DNA from: Chloroflexota bacterium
GTDB lineage: Bacteria; Chloroflexota; UBA11872; VXOZ01
Reading direction: 5' to 3'
Length of the DNA: 64,000 bases
Assembly: GCA_963662335.2 (NCBI GenBank)
Contig: CAXXVD010000001.1
Coordinates: 416,001 to 480,000, forward strand
Part shown: piece after piece, positions 17,031-26,734 of the stretch
Position numbering within the stretch: the stretch's first letter is position 1
Layout: the number at the start of each line of letters is the position of its first letter
The notes under the pieces: generated by a model
The model's database searches: none
Seen by the model: only the letters and a program-made list of their open reading frames with translations
Told to the model about the DNA's origin: nothing
Translations under genes and position numbers: made by a program

Positions 17031-18752
17031 TTGGCAAGAACTGACCGTACCTACGAGGTGACGCGGGAAGATAACGTCCCCGTGCCTATGCGGGACGGCA
17101 CGATTTTGCGCGCCGACGTGTACCGTCCCGACGCGCCGGGTAAATACCCCGTGCTGTTGAGCCGGACGCCGTATGACAAGCAGCTTGACAGCATGGCGGG
17201 CCTCGGCGCGGGGCACGCCGCGAACGGCTACATCAGCGTGGTGCAGGACGTCCGCGGGCGCTACGCCTCGGACGGCGAGTTTCGCCCCGGCTTCTACCGC
17301 GCCGACACGTTTGACGCCAGCGACGGCTACGACACGGTGGAGTGGGCGGCGCGGCTGCCCGGCGCCACCGGCAGCGTGGGCACGTACGGCAACTCGTACA
17401 ACGGCTGGACGCAATGGGAACTCGCGCCCACGCGGCCGCCGCGCCTCAAGACCATGTACGCCAGCGGCATTGCGGCAAACCTGCTCGACCGCGAACTCTC
17501 GGCCGTGCTGCGGCTGGGCCGGGTGCTGTGGTGGTCGGTCAATACGCTCGCGCCGGACCAGCGGCGACGCGCCGGAGACACTTCCGGGCCGACCACCCAA
17601 GAAGAAGCCGAACGCATCTGGCACGAGCAGGACCGCAGCAAGTGGCTCTGGTTCCTGCCCCTGCTGGACATTCCCGACCACGTGTTTGCCGACGTGGCGC
17701 CGCACTTTCGCCACTGGCTCGCCGACCACGCGCAAGACCACTTTGGTTTCTTGCGGAAGCACCAGGACGTCAATGTTCCCGTGCTCAGCGTCACCGGCTG
17801 GTACGACCAGCAGATCGGCGCCATCAAGCACTTCACCGGCATGGCCGCGAACGGCATGACCGCCCACGCGCGGGAGAACCAGAAGCTCATCGTCGGCCCG
17901 TGGACGCACACCACCGTTGACCTGGACCGCACGGTGGGCGCGGTGGACTTCGGCCCGGCGGCGGAGCGCGATTACTTCGCCATTGCCGACGCGTGGTTCC
18001 GGGCCTGGCTGAAGGACGATCCCAGCGGCATCGCCGAGTGGCCGCCGATCCAGCTCTTCGTGATGGGCGCGAACACCTGGCGCGGCGAGAATGAATGGCC
18101 ACTGGCGCGCACGCGGTACACCGACTTCTACCTGCACAGCGGCGGCGCCGCCAATACGCCCTTTGGCGACGGTGTCCTCTCGCGGGAAGCGCCTACCGAC
18201 GAGCCGCCGGACGACTATACCTACGACCCGCGCGACCCGGTGATGACCCTCTACTCCGGTCCCGGCCAGCAGGAGCCTCACGACCAGAGCGCGCTGGCGC
18301 GCCGGCAGGACATCCTCACCTACGCCACGCCGCCGCTGGAAGAGCCGCTGGAGGTCACCGGGCCGGTTACGGTCACGCTGTGGGCCGCCTCGTCCGCCCG
18401 CGATACGGACTTCACGGTCAAGCTCATCGACGTGCGGCCCGACGGCTTCGCCCAGGAACTCTGCCACGGCATCGTGCGCGCCCGCTACCGGGAGTCCTAT
18501 GCGGAACCTACGCTCATCGAACCGGGCGCGGTCTACGAATACACGATTCAGGTGAACCCGACGAGCAATTGCTTCATGCCCGGCCACCGCATCCGCCTGG
18601 ATATTTCCAGCAGCGACTTTCCCAATTTCGACCGCAACCACAACACGGGCGCGCACGAGTACGCCGACGGTGAACTGGCCACGGCCCACCAGACGCTCTT
18701 CCACGACCACGGCCGGCCGTCGCGCGTGACGCTGCCGGTAATACCGCTGTGA
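17031..18752 (+). CDS. CocE/NonD family hydrolase (peptidase S15-like)
   Basis: PMRDG..L.ADVYRP, RTPY, QDVRGRYASDG, GNSY nucleophile, GWYD, GPWTH, SSDFPNFDRN. Confidence 0.92.
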   Translation: MARTDRTYEVTREDNVPVPMRDGTILRADVYRPDAPGKYPVLLSRTPYDKQLDSMAGLGAGHAANGYISVVQDVRGRYASDGEFRPGFYRADTFDASDGYDTVEWAARLPGATGSVGTYGNSYNGWTQWELAPTRPPRLKTMYASGIAANLLDRELSAVLRLGRVLWWSVNTLAPDQRRRAGDTSGPTTQEEAERIWHEQDRSKWLWFLPLLDIPDHVFADVAPHFRHWLADHAQDHFGFLRKHQDVNVPVLSVTGWYDQQIGAIKHFTGMAANGMTAHARENQKLIVGPWTHTTVDLDRTVGAVDFGPAAERDYFAIADAWFRAWLKDDPSGIAEWPPIQLFVMGANTWRGENEWPLARTRYTDFYLHSGGAANTPFGDGVLSREAPTDEPPDDYTYDPRDPVMTLYSGPGQQEPHDQSALARRQDILTYATPPLEEPLEVTGPVTVTLWAASSARDTDFTVKLIDVRPDGFAQELCHGIVRARYRESYAEPTLIEPGAVYEYTIQVNPTSNCFMPGHRIRLDISSSDFPNFDRNHNTGAHEYADGELATAHQTLFHDHGRPSRVTLPVIPL

Positions 18753-18779
18753 CGATTCTTACATAACGGAGATTGCTCA

Positions 18780-19835
18780 ATGCGCGCCCTCTACTCGAAC
18801 AATCGCGGTGAAATCTACATCAAAGAGGTGCCGGCGCCCACGCTGCAGGGGCCCGGTGTCGTGATTCGGACGTTGGCCTCCGTCTTTGGGGCCGGTTCCG
18901 AAATGGCCGGGGTCGGCCGGCGGCGCGCGGCGTTGGCGGCTGGCCACGACCCGGGACCGTTCAGTGAAAAACCCCACAGCTACCAGTCCGCCGGTGAAAT
19001 CCTGCGGGTGTCCGACGACCTGCAAGCGCGCTTCCGGCCGGGGGACGTGGTGGCGGCGACCGGCGGCGGCTTTGGCTTCCACGCCGAAATGGGCTACGTG
19101 CCCGCGCACTCGTTCGCAAAGGTTCCCCCGGGCCTGCCGCCGGTCGACGCCGCGACCACCAACGTTGGGCTAACGGCGTTTCATGCCATGCGCCGCGCGG
19201 TCTTGCAGCCGGGCGAAACGGCGGTGGTGCTCGGTCTCGGCATGGTGGGGCAAATTACGACGCAACTCGTCGGCATGGTGGGCGGCCGCGCGCTTGGCGT
19301 GGACCTGCACGAGTTCCGGCAGGAGAAAGCCCGCGAACTGGGCGCGGCGGCCACGGCCGGCGGCACGGACGATGAGGTGGCCGCGGCGGTGGCGGATTTC
19401 ACCCACGGCGTGGGCGCGGACGCGGTCTTCGTGGCAACCTCGGCGCGCATACGGGGTCCCGCGTCGCTGGCGGTGCGCTTGGTGCGGCCCAGCGGGCGCG
19501 TGTTGCTCATCGGCCGCGTGAACTGGGACTTCACCCCCACCCACGCCGACGCCGACCCGCACACCAAGGAGATCAACCTCTACTGGGTCAACGGCCGCGG
19601 CCCCGGCAGCCGCGAGCGCGACTACCTGCGCGGCGCGGTCGATTACCCGCAGCGCTTCGTGCCGTGGGACCAGGAGCGTAACTTGCAGGCGCTGCTCAAC
19701 CTGCAAGCGGCCGGCAAGGTGCGCGTCGGCCCCTTGCTCACCCACCGCTACCCGTTCGACCAAGCGCCCCAGGCGGCGGAAGTCGCCATCAACCTGCCGG
19801 CGGAAGCGCTTGGCGTAGCGTTGGAGTACGCGTGA
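18780..19835 (+). CDS. Medium-chain (zinc-binding type) alcohol dehydrogenase family protein
   Basis: GroES-like N-terminus, GLGMVG Rossmann motif, GADAV, DYP..FVPW..RN. Confidence 0.8.
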   Translation: MRALYSNNRGEIYIKEVPAPTLQGPGVVIRTLASVFGAGSEMAGVGRRRAALAAGHDPGPFSEKPHSYQSAGEILRVSDDLQARFRPGDVVAATGGGFGFHAEMGYVPAHSFAKVPPGLPPVDAATTNVGLTAFHAMRRAVLQPGETAVVLGLGMVGQITTQLVGMVGGRALGVDLHEFRQEKARELGAAATAGGTDDEVAAAVADFTHGVGADAVFVATSARIRGPASLAVRLVRPSGRVLLIGRVNWDFTPTHADADPHTKEINLYWVNGRGPGSRERDYLRGAVDYPQRFVPWDQERNLQALLNLQAAGKVRVGPLLTHRYPFDQAPQAAEVAINLPAEALGVALEYA

Positions 19836-19902
19836 CGGGATATTGCGAGAGAGGCGCGGCGCGTGTGGCGGGCCACTCTTATCTGAAGGTTGCGTGACCA
19901 AG

Positions 19903-20006
19903 CCGTTCGCCCTGAGCATCGTCGAAGGGAGAACGGCGAAGAGCGGGTGTAACGGCTCTCGCTGCACATCTTTCCGTTCACGCTTCGACAAGCTCAGCGC
20001 GAACGG
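19903..20006. repeat. Palindromic repeat family D (CCGTTCG..CTGAGC..GTCGAAG / CTTCGAC..GCTCAG..CGAACGG)
   Basis: Inverted pair; related copies at 53301-53407 and 54641-54665. Confidence 0.75.
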
Positions 20007-20209
20007 AAAGATGTGCGTTCACGCTCATTCCCCGCTGCAAATCGAATATTCAGCTTGCGTGGCACATTCGAAAGTCTCGCAATTTGCCGTTGTATGGCCT
20101 GAGAAAGCCCGTGGTGACTGTGTGATCCGGCGGACGCAGGTTGCAAACCTGCGCTACCGGGCGTAAAGCGCACCATAGGCGGTGACCCGCGCTGCCTAGA
20201 GAGAAAGAA

Positions 20210-20243
20210 ATGTACCGCCGCGCTAGCCAGCGCGGCGGTACAT
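20210..20243 (-). terminator. Intrinsic terminator downstream of ctaA
   Basis: 15-bp perfect stem ATGTACCGCCGCGCT/AGCGCGGCGGTACAT followed by TTCTTTCTCT on the minus strand. Confidence 0.7.
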
Positions 20244-20318
20244 GCGTTTCTTCATCTGCAATTGGCGTAAAGCGCGCGCGTAATTCTGCGCAAACGGCTT
20301 AGCCACGGCAGTATGCCA

Positions 20319-21254
20319 TCACGCCGGGTCGGGCGCCGGGTTCTTCACCGGGGCCGCGGGCATTTGCGGCTGCTCGGCTTGGCGCGTGAGCGGCCAGAAG
20401 AAGAGCGCCGTAGACGCGGCCATGATCAGGGCGGCGGTAAAGACGTGGGCCACGCGCAGCACGGCGGGCAGTCCCAGCCAGACTTGCGTAAAGCCCAGCG
20501 TGATTTGCAGCGCCAGCAGCGCAAGCACCATCAGGCCCAGGTACTTGGCCGCGCCCTGGTCCACGCGGACGCGCCAGCCGGCCAGCAAGGCCATGGCCAC
20601 TGAGAAGGCGTAGGCCGCGTAGCGGTGTCCCATGTGCACGTCTTCCAACATGCGGGGCGAGCCGCCGCCGCCGTCGCAGGTCAGGAAGCCGTGGCAGGCC
20701 AAGCCCGACGACGTGCCGACCACGAACGCGCCGGATATTACCACCAGCGCGCCGCACACCAGCGCCGCGATGCCGCGCCACTTGGGAAACCCGTGAATGC
20801 TGAGCGATCCGTTCTGCACCTGCACCGCGCCTATCGTGCACGTGGCCAGGAAGAACATGGATATCGTCAGGTGGGAACCGACCAAGAGCGCCGGTAGATG
20901 CGTAAGCACCGTGACCGCCCCGAGGACGATTTGGAAGAGGAGCAGGGCCGAGAACACGAGCACGATTGGACGGATCTGCCGCAAGGCATCACGGCCCCGC
21001 CACGCGAGAATGGCCAGTTGAATGACCGTGAGGGTCAGGCCCAGCGCCAGCAGGCGATGGACCCACTCGATGACGGCTGCGGTCTGGAACGGCGGTATCA
21101 CCTGGCCGGAACAGAGCGGCCAATCCGGGCAGCCCAGGCCCGAGCCGGTGGCGCGCACCACCGCGCCCCACAAGATGAGCACGAGCGCCTGCACGACGAC
21201 GCTCCAAATCAAAATCTTCGCGCGAGAATCCGGTTGTTTCAATGCATTAGCCAT
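20319..21254 (-). CDS. ctaA: Heme A synthase (COX15/CtaA)
   Basis: GAVVRATGSGLGCPDWPLC, EWVHR, second Cys pair, HMGHR; eight hydrophobic helices. Confidence 0.9.
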   Translation of the reverse strand: MANALKQPDSRAKILIWSVVVQALVLILWGAVVRATGSGLGCPDWPLCSGQVIPPFQTAAVIEWVHRLLALGLTLTVIQLAILAWRGRDALRQIRPIVLVFSALLLFQIVLGAVTVLTHLPALLVGSHLTISMFFLATCTIGAVQVQNGSLSIHGFPKWRGIAALVCGALVVISGAFVVGTSSGLACHGFLTCDGGGGSPRMLEDVHMGHRYAAYAFSVAMALLAGWRVRVDQGAAKYLGLMVLALLALQITLGFTQVWLGLPAVLRVAHVFTAALIMAASTALFFWPLTRQAEQPQMPAAPVKNPAPDPA

Positions 21255-21331
21255 GACTTTCTCCTCTCACAGATTTGATGGCGTATATAGTGTAGCACAT
21301 TTGCCGCGTTCGCGGCACGCCGTCCGCGGCC

Positions 21332-21534
21332 GGGAATTAGTAGACTCAGGCTTGTAGTCTTTGCAAGGTAGCGGTTCCTGTCATTCCGAGGGCAGCGAGG
21401 AATCTAATGAGAGTTCCCAATTCTAGATTCTTCGTCGCTGCGCTCCTCAGAATGACAGTTGGGAGTTGGCTCAGACCTAGGGACGATCACGTGACTTATC
21501 TCTGGTCACCCCAAGCCTGAATCTACTAATTCTG
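21332..21534. mobile_element. ~200-bp MITE-like element with terminal inverted repeats and 8-bp target-site duplication CCGCGGCC
   Basis: GAATTAGTAGACTCAGGCTTG...CAAGCCTGAATCTACTAATTC (20/21 match); CCGCGGCC at 21324-21331 and 21535-21542; second copy at 62271-62470. Confidence 0.8.
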
Positions 21535-21719
21535 CCGCGGCCCTTTGGGTTGCGAGCCAGGCGAATCCGTGTCATCATCAGGGACGAAACTTGCGACCAC
21601 TAAGGCCTTTTCGGGCGCATAGTGGTTATCTGCACTACGGCTGGCGAGAGATTGCGAGAAGCCACGGCTTGGCAAGTGAGGCCGCGCATTTCACGCCAAT
21701 TCCAAGAGAGGAGCACCTC

Positions 21720-22742
21720 ATGTCGGAGAAAATCAAGCTTGTCGCCCTGGAAGCGGCGCACCCCCACGTGCACAGCCTCATCAGAGAGGCGCAAGGCGTG
21801 GCCGGCGCGGAATTCGTCGGCTTTGCCGATCCCAACGCCGAGCGCCGCGCCCAGACCAAAGAACGCAACGAATTCGACGACGACATGGTCTTCGCCGACT
21901 TTGAGCAACTGCTGGACGAACGGCAGCCGGACGCGGCGATCGTGTGTTCGACGAATGCCGACCACGTCAAGTACGTGGAGGCGCTGGCGCCGCGGGGCAT
22001 TCACGTGATGCTGGAGAAGCCGTTTGCCGCGAGCCTTTCCCATGCCGACCGCATGATTGCGGCGTGTGAAGAGCACGGCGTGACGTTGATGGTCAACTGG
22101 CCGACGGCGTGGAATCCGGCGCTGCGGCTGGCGCGGCAGATTGCGCAGTCCGGCTCGCTGGGGCAGGTTTTTCAGATTGCCTTTCGCGGCGGGCACATGG
22201 GGCCGACCGGCGACCACGATAGCTGGTGGTACCGCCCCCAGGACGGCGGCGGCGTGCTGCTGGACTACTGCTGCTACGCGGCCTGCATGTTCACGTGGAT
22301 TCTGGAGAAGCAGCCGCGCCAGGTCTGCGGCATGGCCGACGCGCTGGTGAAGCCGGTCAAGTCCGAGGATAACGCGGTGCTCATCCTGCGCTACGACGAC
22401 GCGCTCTGTGTGAGCCAGGCCACCTGGACGCGCTTCGGGCCGGAACCGATCCAGGGCCCGGTAATCAACGGCACGGAAGGCAGCGTGACGTCCATCGGCA
22501 AGGAACAGATCAAGCACTGCACCCCGGCAAACCGGGAAGGCGAGGTGATCGACGTGCCGCCGCTGACGGAACCGCGCCTGCAAGGCGGGCCGGCGTACCT
22601 TGTGCACTCGCTCTTGAACGGCACGCCGATCGAATCGCCGTGCGATGCGGCCTTCAACCGCGACGGCCAGGAGATTCTGGAGGCGGGCAAGATCGCGGTG
22701 CAGACGGGCGTGACGGTGAACCTGCCAATCCTGCCGTCCTAG
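21720..22742 (+). CDS. Gfo/Idh/MocA family oxidoreductase
   Basis: Start ATG 21720 after GAGGAG; HVMLEKP, GGGVLLDYCCY, EDNA motifs. Confidence 0.9.
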   Translation: MSEKIKLVALEAAHPHVHSLIREAQGVAGAEFVGFADPNAERRAQTKERNEFDDDMVFADFEQLLDERQPDAAIVCSTNADHVKYVEALAPRGIHVMLEKPFAASLSHADRMIAACEEHGVTLMVNWPTAWNPALRLARQIAQSGSLGQVFQIAFRGGHMGPTGDHDSWWYRPQDGGGVLLDYCCYAACMFTWILEKQPRQVCGMADALVKPVKSEDNAVLILRYDDALCVSQATWTRFGPEPIQGPVINGTEGSVTSIGKEQIKHCTPANREGEVIDVPPLTEPRLQGGPAYLVHSLLNGTPIESPCDAAFNRDGQEILEAGKIAVQTGVTVNLPILPS

Positions 22743-22775
22743 CGCCGGTTGTGCGGCCACTGCTGCCGGCTGAAG

Positions 22776-22802
22776 GAGAGGGAGTGCGCCGCATTCCCTC
22801 TC
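22776..22802 (+). terminator. Possible terminator hairpin
   Basis: GAGAGGGAGTGCG-C-CGCATTCCCTCTC stem just after the oxidoreductase stop; weak T tract. Confidence 0.45.
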
Positions 22803-22886
22803 GCTTTGCTTAGACTGATACCGGCTGCGCGCGTGGTCCCATTGCGCATAGTATCGAACGTGACGCGCGATACTCGCGGCCCAACC

Positions 22887-23044
22887 GTAGCGCGAGGGCT
22901 TGTCCCCCGCCGGAGCCACTGAATCTGGCACGCAAAGGATTGCCACGACAGCTTCGCAGGTTACAAACCTGCGCTACCGGAGGAATCGGACGCCAGCTCT
23001 GCTGTCTCTTTCATAAATGCGACGGCATTAGGGCTTGTCCCCCG
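22887..23044 (+). repeat. ~155-bp composite dispersed repeat (family C), copy 1
   Basis: GTAGCGCGGGGGCTTGTCCCCCG ... GCAGGTT(A/G)CAAACCTGCGCTACCGGAG ... AATGCGAC..ATT(A/G)GGGCTTG; also at 26098-26245 (inverted), 36149-36305 and 44137-44293. Confidence 0.85.
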
Positions 23045-23155
23045 TCTCTTGGGGCGTACCGCCGACCCGTAGCGCGGGGGCTTATCCCCCTCCTCTTGGC
23101 GAGACCGGCCCACCCCTTCGGCCGGATGTACGGTGGACATGCGCCGCTACACGTC

Positions 23156-23185
23156 TTGACAGAAAATATACTCCCAGATAGTATA
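23156..23185 (+). promoter_or_regulatory. sigma70-like promoter for copA overlapped by a palindromic, CsoR-like operator
   Basis: TTGACA (23156) -17- TAGTAT (23179); TATACT-N7-AGTATA inverted repeat at 23167-23185. Confidence 0.6.
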
Positions 23186-23273
23186 CGTGATAGAGGACGA
23201 ACACACGGATCTGCCGAGCCGCCGCTGCCACACGATGTTCCGGTCGCCATACGCGGAGTGAGGCAGCGCCAGG

Positions 23274-25793
23274 GTGGCGCCTATAGCAAGCGCCGTGGGC
23301 AAAGAGAGAATTGCCGTGGCAACAACCGAGCAGACACAGGCGCAGCAATCGCTCTCGCTGGCCGTGCGGGGCATGACGTGCGCCGCCTGCGTGCGGCGCA
23401 TCGAGACGGCGCTGACGGACGTGCCGGGTGTGCGCCAGGCGGCGGTGAACCTGGCAACGGAACGGGCGCAGGTGGCTTTCGACCCCGCCACTGCCACGCC
23501 CGCCGCCATCGCCCAGGCCGTTACGGCGGCCGGCTACGTTCCGGCCACCGTCAAGCGCGCCCTGCGCGTGCGCGGCCTGCAAGACGCCTCAGCCGTCGGC
23601 CGGGTGGAAGCGGCCCTGCGCGCCGTGCCGGGCGTGCTGCGGGCGGACGTAAATCCGGCGGCGGAGCGGGCGCACGTCGCGTACCTGCCGGACGTTACGG
23701 ACGGTGAGGCGCTCCGGCAAGCGGTCGCGGCCGTCGGCTATGAACTGGAAGCGGCGGAAGACGAGCCGGCAGCAGGCCAGCCGGAGAGCGCCGCGGCAGC
23801 GGGCAGCGGCGAGCAACGCGCCGCGCGCGCGCGCCTGGGCGTCTCGGCGGCCCTTTCAATTCTGCTAATGGTGGGCGGCATGGGCGGCGCGCTCTTTCCT
23901 TTCCTAAGCGGCTTGTGGATTGAAAACCCCTACGTGCTCTGGGCGCTGGCCACGCCGGTGCAGTTCTGGGCCGGCTGGCAGTTCTACCGGGGCGCGTGGA
24001 GCACGCTCAAACACCTCACCTTCGACATGAACGCGCTCATCGTCATCGGCACCAGCGCCGCTTACTGCTATAGTGCGGCGGCGGTCCTCATGCCCGGCTT
24101 CTTTGCCAGCCAGGCCGTGAACGGCCACGCGCCGCTCTACTTCGATACCGCCGCCGTCATCATCACCCTGATCCTGCTGGGGCGGGCGCTCGAGGCCCGC
24201 GCCAAGCGCCGGACCGCGGCCGCCATCCACGCGCTGTTGAACTGGCGTCCGCAGACCGCCCGCGTCATGCGCGACGGCGCGCCGCGCGACGTGCCGCTCG
24301 CGAGCGTCAGCGTTGGCGATCTGGTCTTTGTGCGCCCGGGCGAACGGACGCCGGTGGACGGCGTAGTGACGGAGGGGCGGAGCGCCCTCGATGAGTCGAT
24401 GCTCACCGGCGAGAGCATGCCGGTGGAAAAGGGGCCGGGCGCGGAAGTCATCGGCGGCACGTTGAACACCACCGGCGCGTTCACGTTCCGCGCCACGCGC
24501 GTCGGCAAAGAGACGGCGCTCGCGCGCATCGCGCGCATGATCGAGGAAGCGCAAGGCTCCAAAGCGCCCATCCAGCGGCTGGCGGACCGGATAGCCGCCT
24601 ATTTCGTGCCGGCCGTGATCGGGATCGCGGTGCTGGCGTTTCTCGTGTGGTATCTGGTGGGGCCGGAACCGGCTTTTACGCGGGCGTTGCTGGCGTTCGT
24701 GACCGTGCTCATCATCGCCTGTCCCTGCGCCTTGGGCCTGGCAACGCCCACGGCGGTGATGGCCGCCATGGGCGTCGGCGCGGCGCGGGGCGTGCTGGTG
24801 CGCGACGCGGAAGCGCTGGAACGCCTGCGCAGCGTGACGACGGTCGTGCTGGACAAGACCGGCACCCTCACTGCGGGCACGCCGGCGGTCACGGACGTGA
24901 TCGGCGCAAATCTGGGCCATGAGGACGTGCTGCGTTTCGCCGCCGCGGCGTCCCAGTCGAGCGAGCACCCGTTGAGCCGGGCCGTAGTGCGGGCGGCGGA
25001 AGCCAAGGGCCTGGTGTTGCCAACGGCCAGCGACTTCATTGCCGCGCCGGGACGGGGCATCCGCGCTCAGGCGGCGGGCAAACTCGTGCGGGTAGGCAAT
25101 CGCGCCTACATGGAGGAGAGCGGTGTCGCGTGGGATGCGTCGCACAAGCTGGCGCCGCGCGCGCAGGCGCTCACCGCGCAGGGCAAGACGGTCGTGTTCG
25201 TAGCCGTGGACGGCGTACTGGCCGGGCTGATCGCGGAGGCCGACATCCTCAAGCCCAGCGCCGCGGCGGCCGTGCAGGCGCTGCGCGCGCGCGGGCTTGC
25301 GCTCGTGATGCTTACGGGCGACGCGGCGCGCACAGCCCAGACCATTGCCGGCCAGCTTGGCATCCAGCACGTGGCGGCGGAGGTCATGCCCGGCCAGAAG
25401 GCGGCGGCGATTCAAGAGCGCCAGGAAGCCGGTGAAGTGGTGGCGATGGTGGGCGACGGCGTCAACGACGCCCCGGCCCTGGCCCGCGCCGACGTGGGCA
25501 TTGCGCTCGGCGCCGGCGCCGACGTGGCGGTGGAAGCCGCCGACATCACCCTCATGGGCGACGACCTGCGCGGCCTGGAGACGGCGTTCGCGCTCTCGCG
25601 GGCCGCGCGCCGCACGATTTGGCAGAATCTCGGTTGGGCCTTTGGCTACAACGTGCTGCTTATACCCGTGGCGGCCGGCGTCCTGTATCCCTTCTTTGGC
25701 GTCACGCTGAACCCGATGCTGGCGGCCGCGGCCATGGCCTTCTCCTCAGTCTCGGTGGTGGCGAACTCCCTCCGCCTGCGGCGCTTCGCATAG
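23274..25793 (+). CDS. copA: Copper-translocating P1B-type ATPase
   Basis: GMTCAAC, TGES, CPCALGL, DKTGT, SEHP, GDGVND, YN, MAFSS motifs; exact start uncertain. Confidence 0.93.
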   Translation: MAPIASAVGKERIAVATTEQTQAQQSLSLAVRGMTCAACVRRIETALTDVPGVRQAAVNLATERAQVAFDPATATPAAIAQAVTAAGYVPATVKRALRVRGLQDASAVGRVEAALRAVPGVLRADVNPAAERAHVAYLPDVTDGEALRQAVAAVGYELEAAEDEPAAGQPESAAAAGSGEQRAARARLGVSAALSILLMVGGMGGALFPFLSGLWIENPYVLWALATPVQFWAGWQFYRGAWSTLKHLTFDMNALIVIGTSAAYCYSAAAVLMPGFFASQAVNGHAPLYFDTAAVIITLILLGRALEARAKRRTAAAIHALLNWRPQTARVMRDGAPRDVPLASVSVGDLVFVRPGERTPVDGVVTEGRSALDESMLTGESMPVEKGPGAEVIGGTLNTTGAFTFRATRVGKETALARIARMIEEAQGSKAPIQRLADRIAAYFVPAVIGIAVLAFLVWYLVGPEPAFTRALLAFVTVLIIACPCALGLATPTAVMAAMGVGAARGVLVRDAEALERLRSVTTVVLDKTGTLTAGTPAVTDVIGANLGHEDVLRFAAAASQSSEHPLSRAVVRAAEAKGLVLPTASDFIAAPGRGIRAQAAGKLVRVGNRAYMEESGVAWDASHKLAPRAQALTAQGKTVVFVAVDGVLAGLIAEADILKPSAAAAVQALRARGLALVMLTGDAARTAQTIAGQLGIQHVAAEVMPGQKAAAIQERQEAGEVVAMVGDGVNDAPALARADVGIALGAGADVAVEAADITLMGDDLRGLETAFALSRAARRTIWQNLGWAFGYNVLLIPVAAGVLYPFFGVTLNPMLAAAAMAFSSVSVVANSLRLRRFA

Positions 25794-25853
25794 AATAGAG
25801 AAAGCACGCGAGGCGCTGCGCCTTGCAAGAGAACGCATTGAAGGAGCACACCC

Positions 25854-26000
25854 ATGGCCACGTGCGCAACCTGCAACGAGTCGGTTGACCCGTCAACCGC
25901 CGAGCACAAAGTCGAGCACCGGGGCACGGTCTACTACTTCTGCTGCGGCCACTGCCAGGCCGCCTTCGAGCGAGAGCCGGAGAAGTTCGCGGAAGCCTAA
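25854..26000 (+). CDS. Small YHS-domain metal-binding protein (48 aa; below the ORF-track cutoff)
   Basis: AAGGAG RBS; hand translation MATCATCNESVDPSTAEHKVEHRGTVYYFCCGHCQAAFEREPEKFAEA; directly after copA. Confidence 0.85.
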   Translation: MATCATCNESVDPSTAEHKVEHRGTVYYFCCGHCQAAFEREPEKFAEA

Positions 26001-26037
26001 CGACGGTTCCGACTCTGCTCTCGCCGATGCCGAACTG

Positions 26038-26316
26038 TAGCGCGGGGGCTTGTCCCCCGCATCGCTCGCGGACCCACGCCCATAGCGCGGGGGCTTGTCC
26101 CTAATGCTGTCGCATTGAACAGAGGGGCAGCAAAACTCGCGTCCGCAATCTCCGGTAACGCAGGTTACAAACCTGCGTAACTGCCAGGTCAATCCTCTGC
26201 GTGTCGGTTTGGATGGCTCGGGCGGGGGACAAGCCCCCGCGCTACGTTAGTGCGACAACATTGGGGCTTGTCCCCCGCATCGCTCGCGGACCCACGCCCA
26301 CAGCGCGGGAGCTTGT
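26038..26316. repeat. Cluster of family C repeats: an inverted composite copy between ~50-bp direct repeats
   Basis: GGGGCTTGTCCCCCGCATCGCTCGCGGACCCACGCCCA at ~26045 and ~26263, with the inverted 155-bp unit between them. Confidence 0.8.
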
Positions 26317-26380
26317 CGCCAGTGCCGCCGCGTTTCAGCGAAAGGGCGTCACCGGAACGCCTCTACTGAATCGGTCGATC

Positions 26381-26414
26381 GGCGTAGGGGCACGACACGT
26401 CGTGCCCCTACGCC
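26381..26414. repeat. GTAG-type REP palindrome
   Basis: GGCGTAGGGGCACGAC-AC-GTCGTGCCCCTACGCC, perfect 16-bp arms; similar element at 47158-47185. Confidence 0.75.
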
Positions 26415-26734
26415 GTCGTGCTAGCATTTCAAGGCTCTAGCTCTTCCTCTAGCCCCTCCGCAACCGTCACTCTTACAACGCTGCCGTCAATACTATTCAC
26501 CCCCAAGCGCTATCCCTGCGCGGACAGCAGGCTGGGCAATCCAGTTCCACGCGCCGCTCCCCAAACGGCAGGACATTCTAACGTTCTTAGCATCTTCTTA
26601 GCTTTCCAGCGCTTGACGGGCATGGCCGCGTGAGATAATGAACCGAAGACCGGCGCCGGGCGGGGCGCGGGAAGTGCCGGGGAAAGGCGCCGACCACGCG
26701 CGCGTTGCACCTTTTGGAGAAAAGGAGGAGAGCC

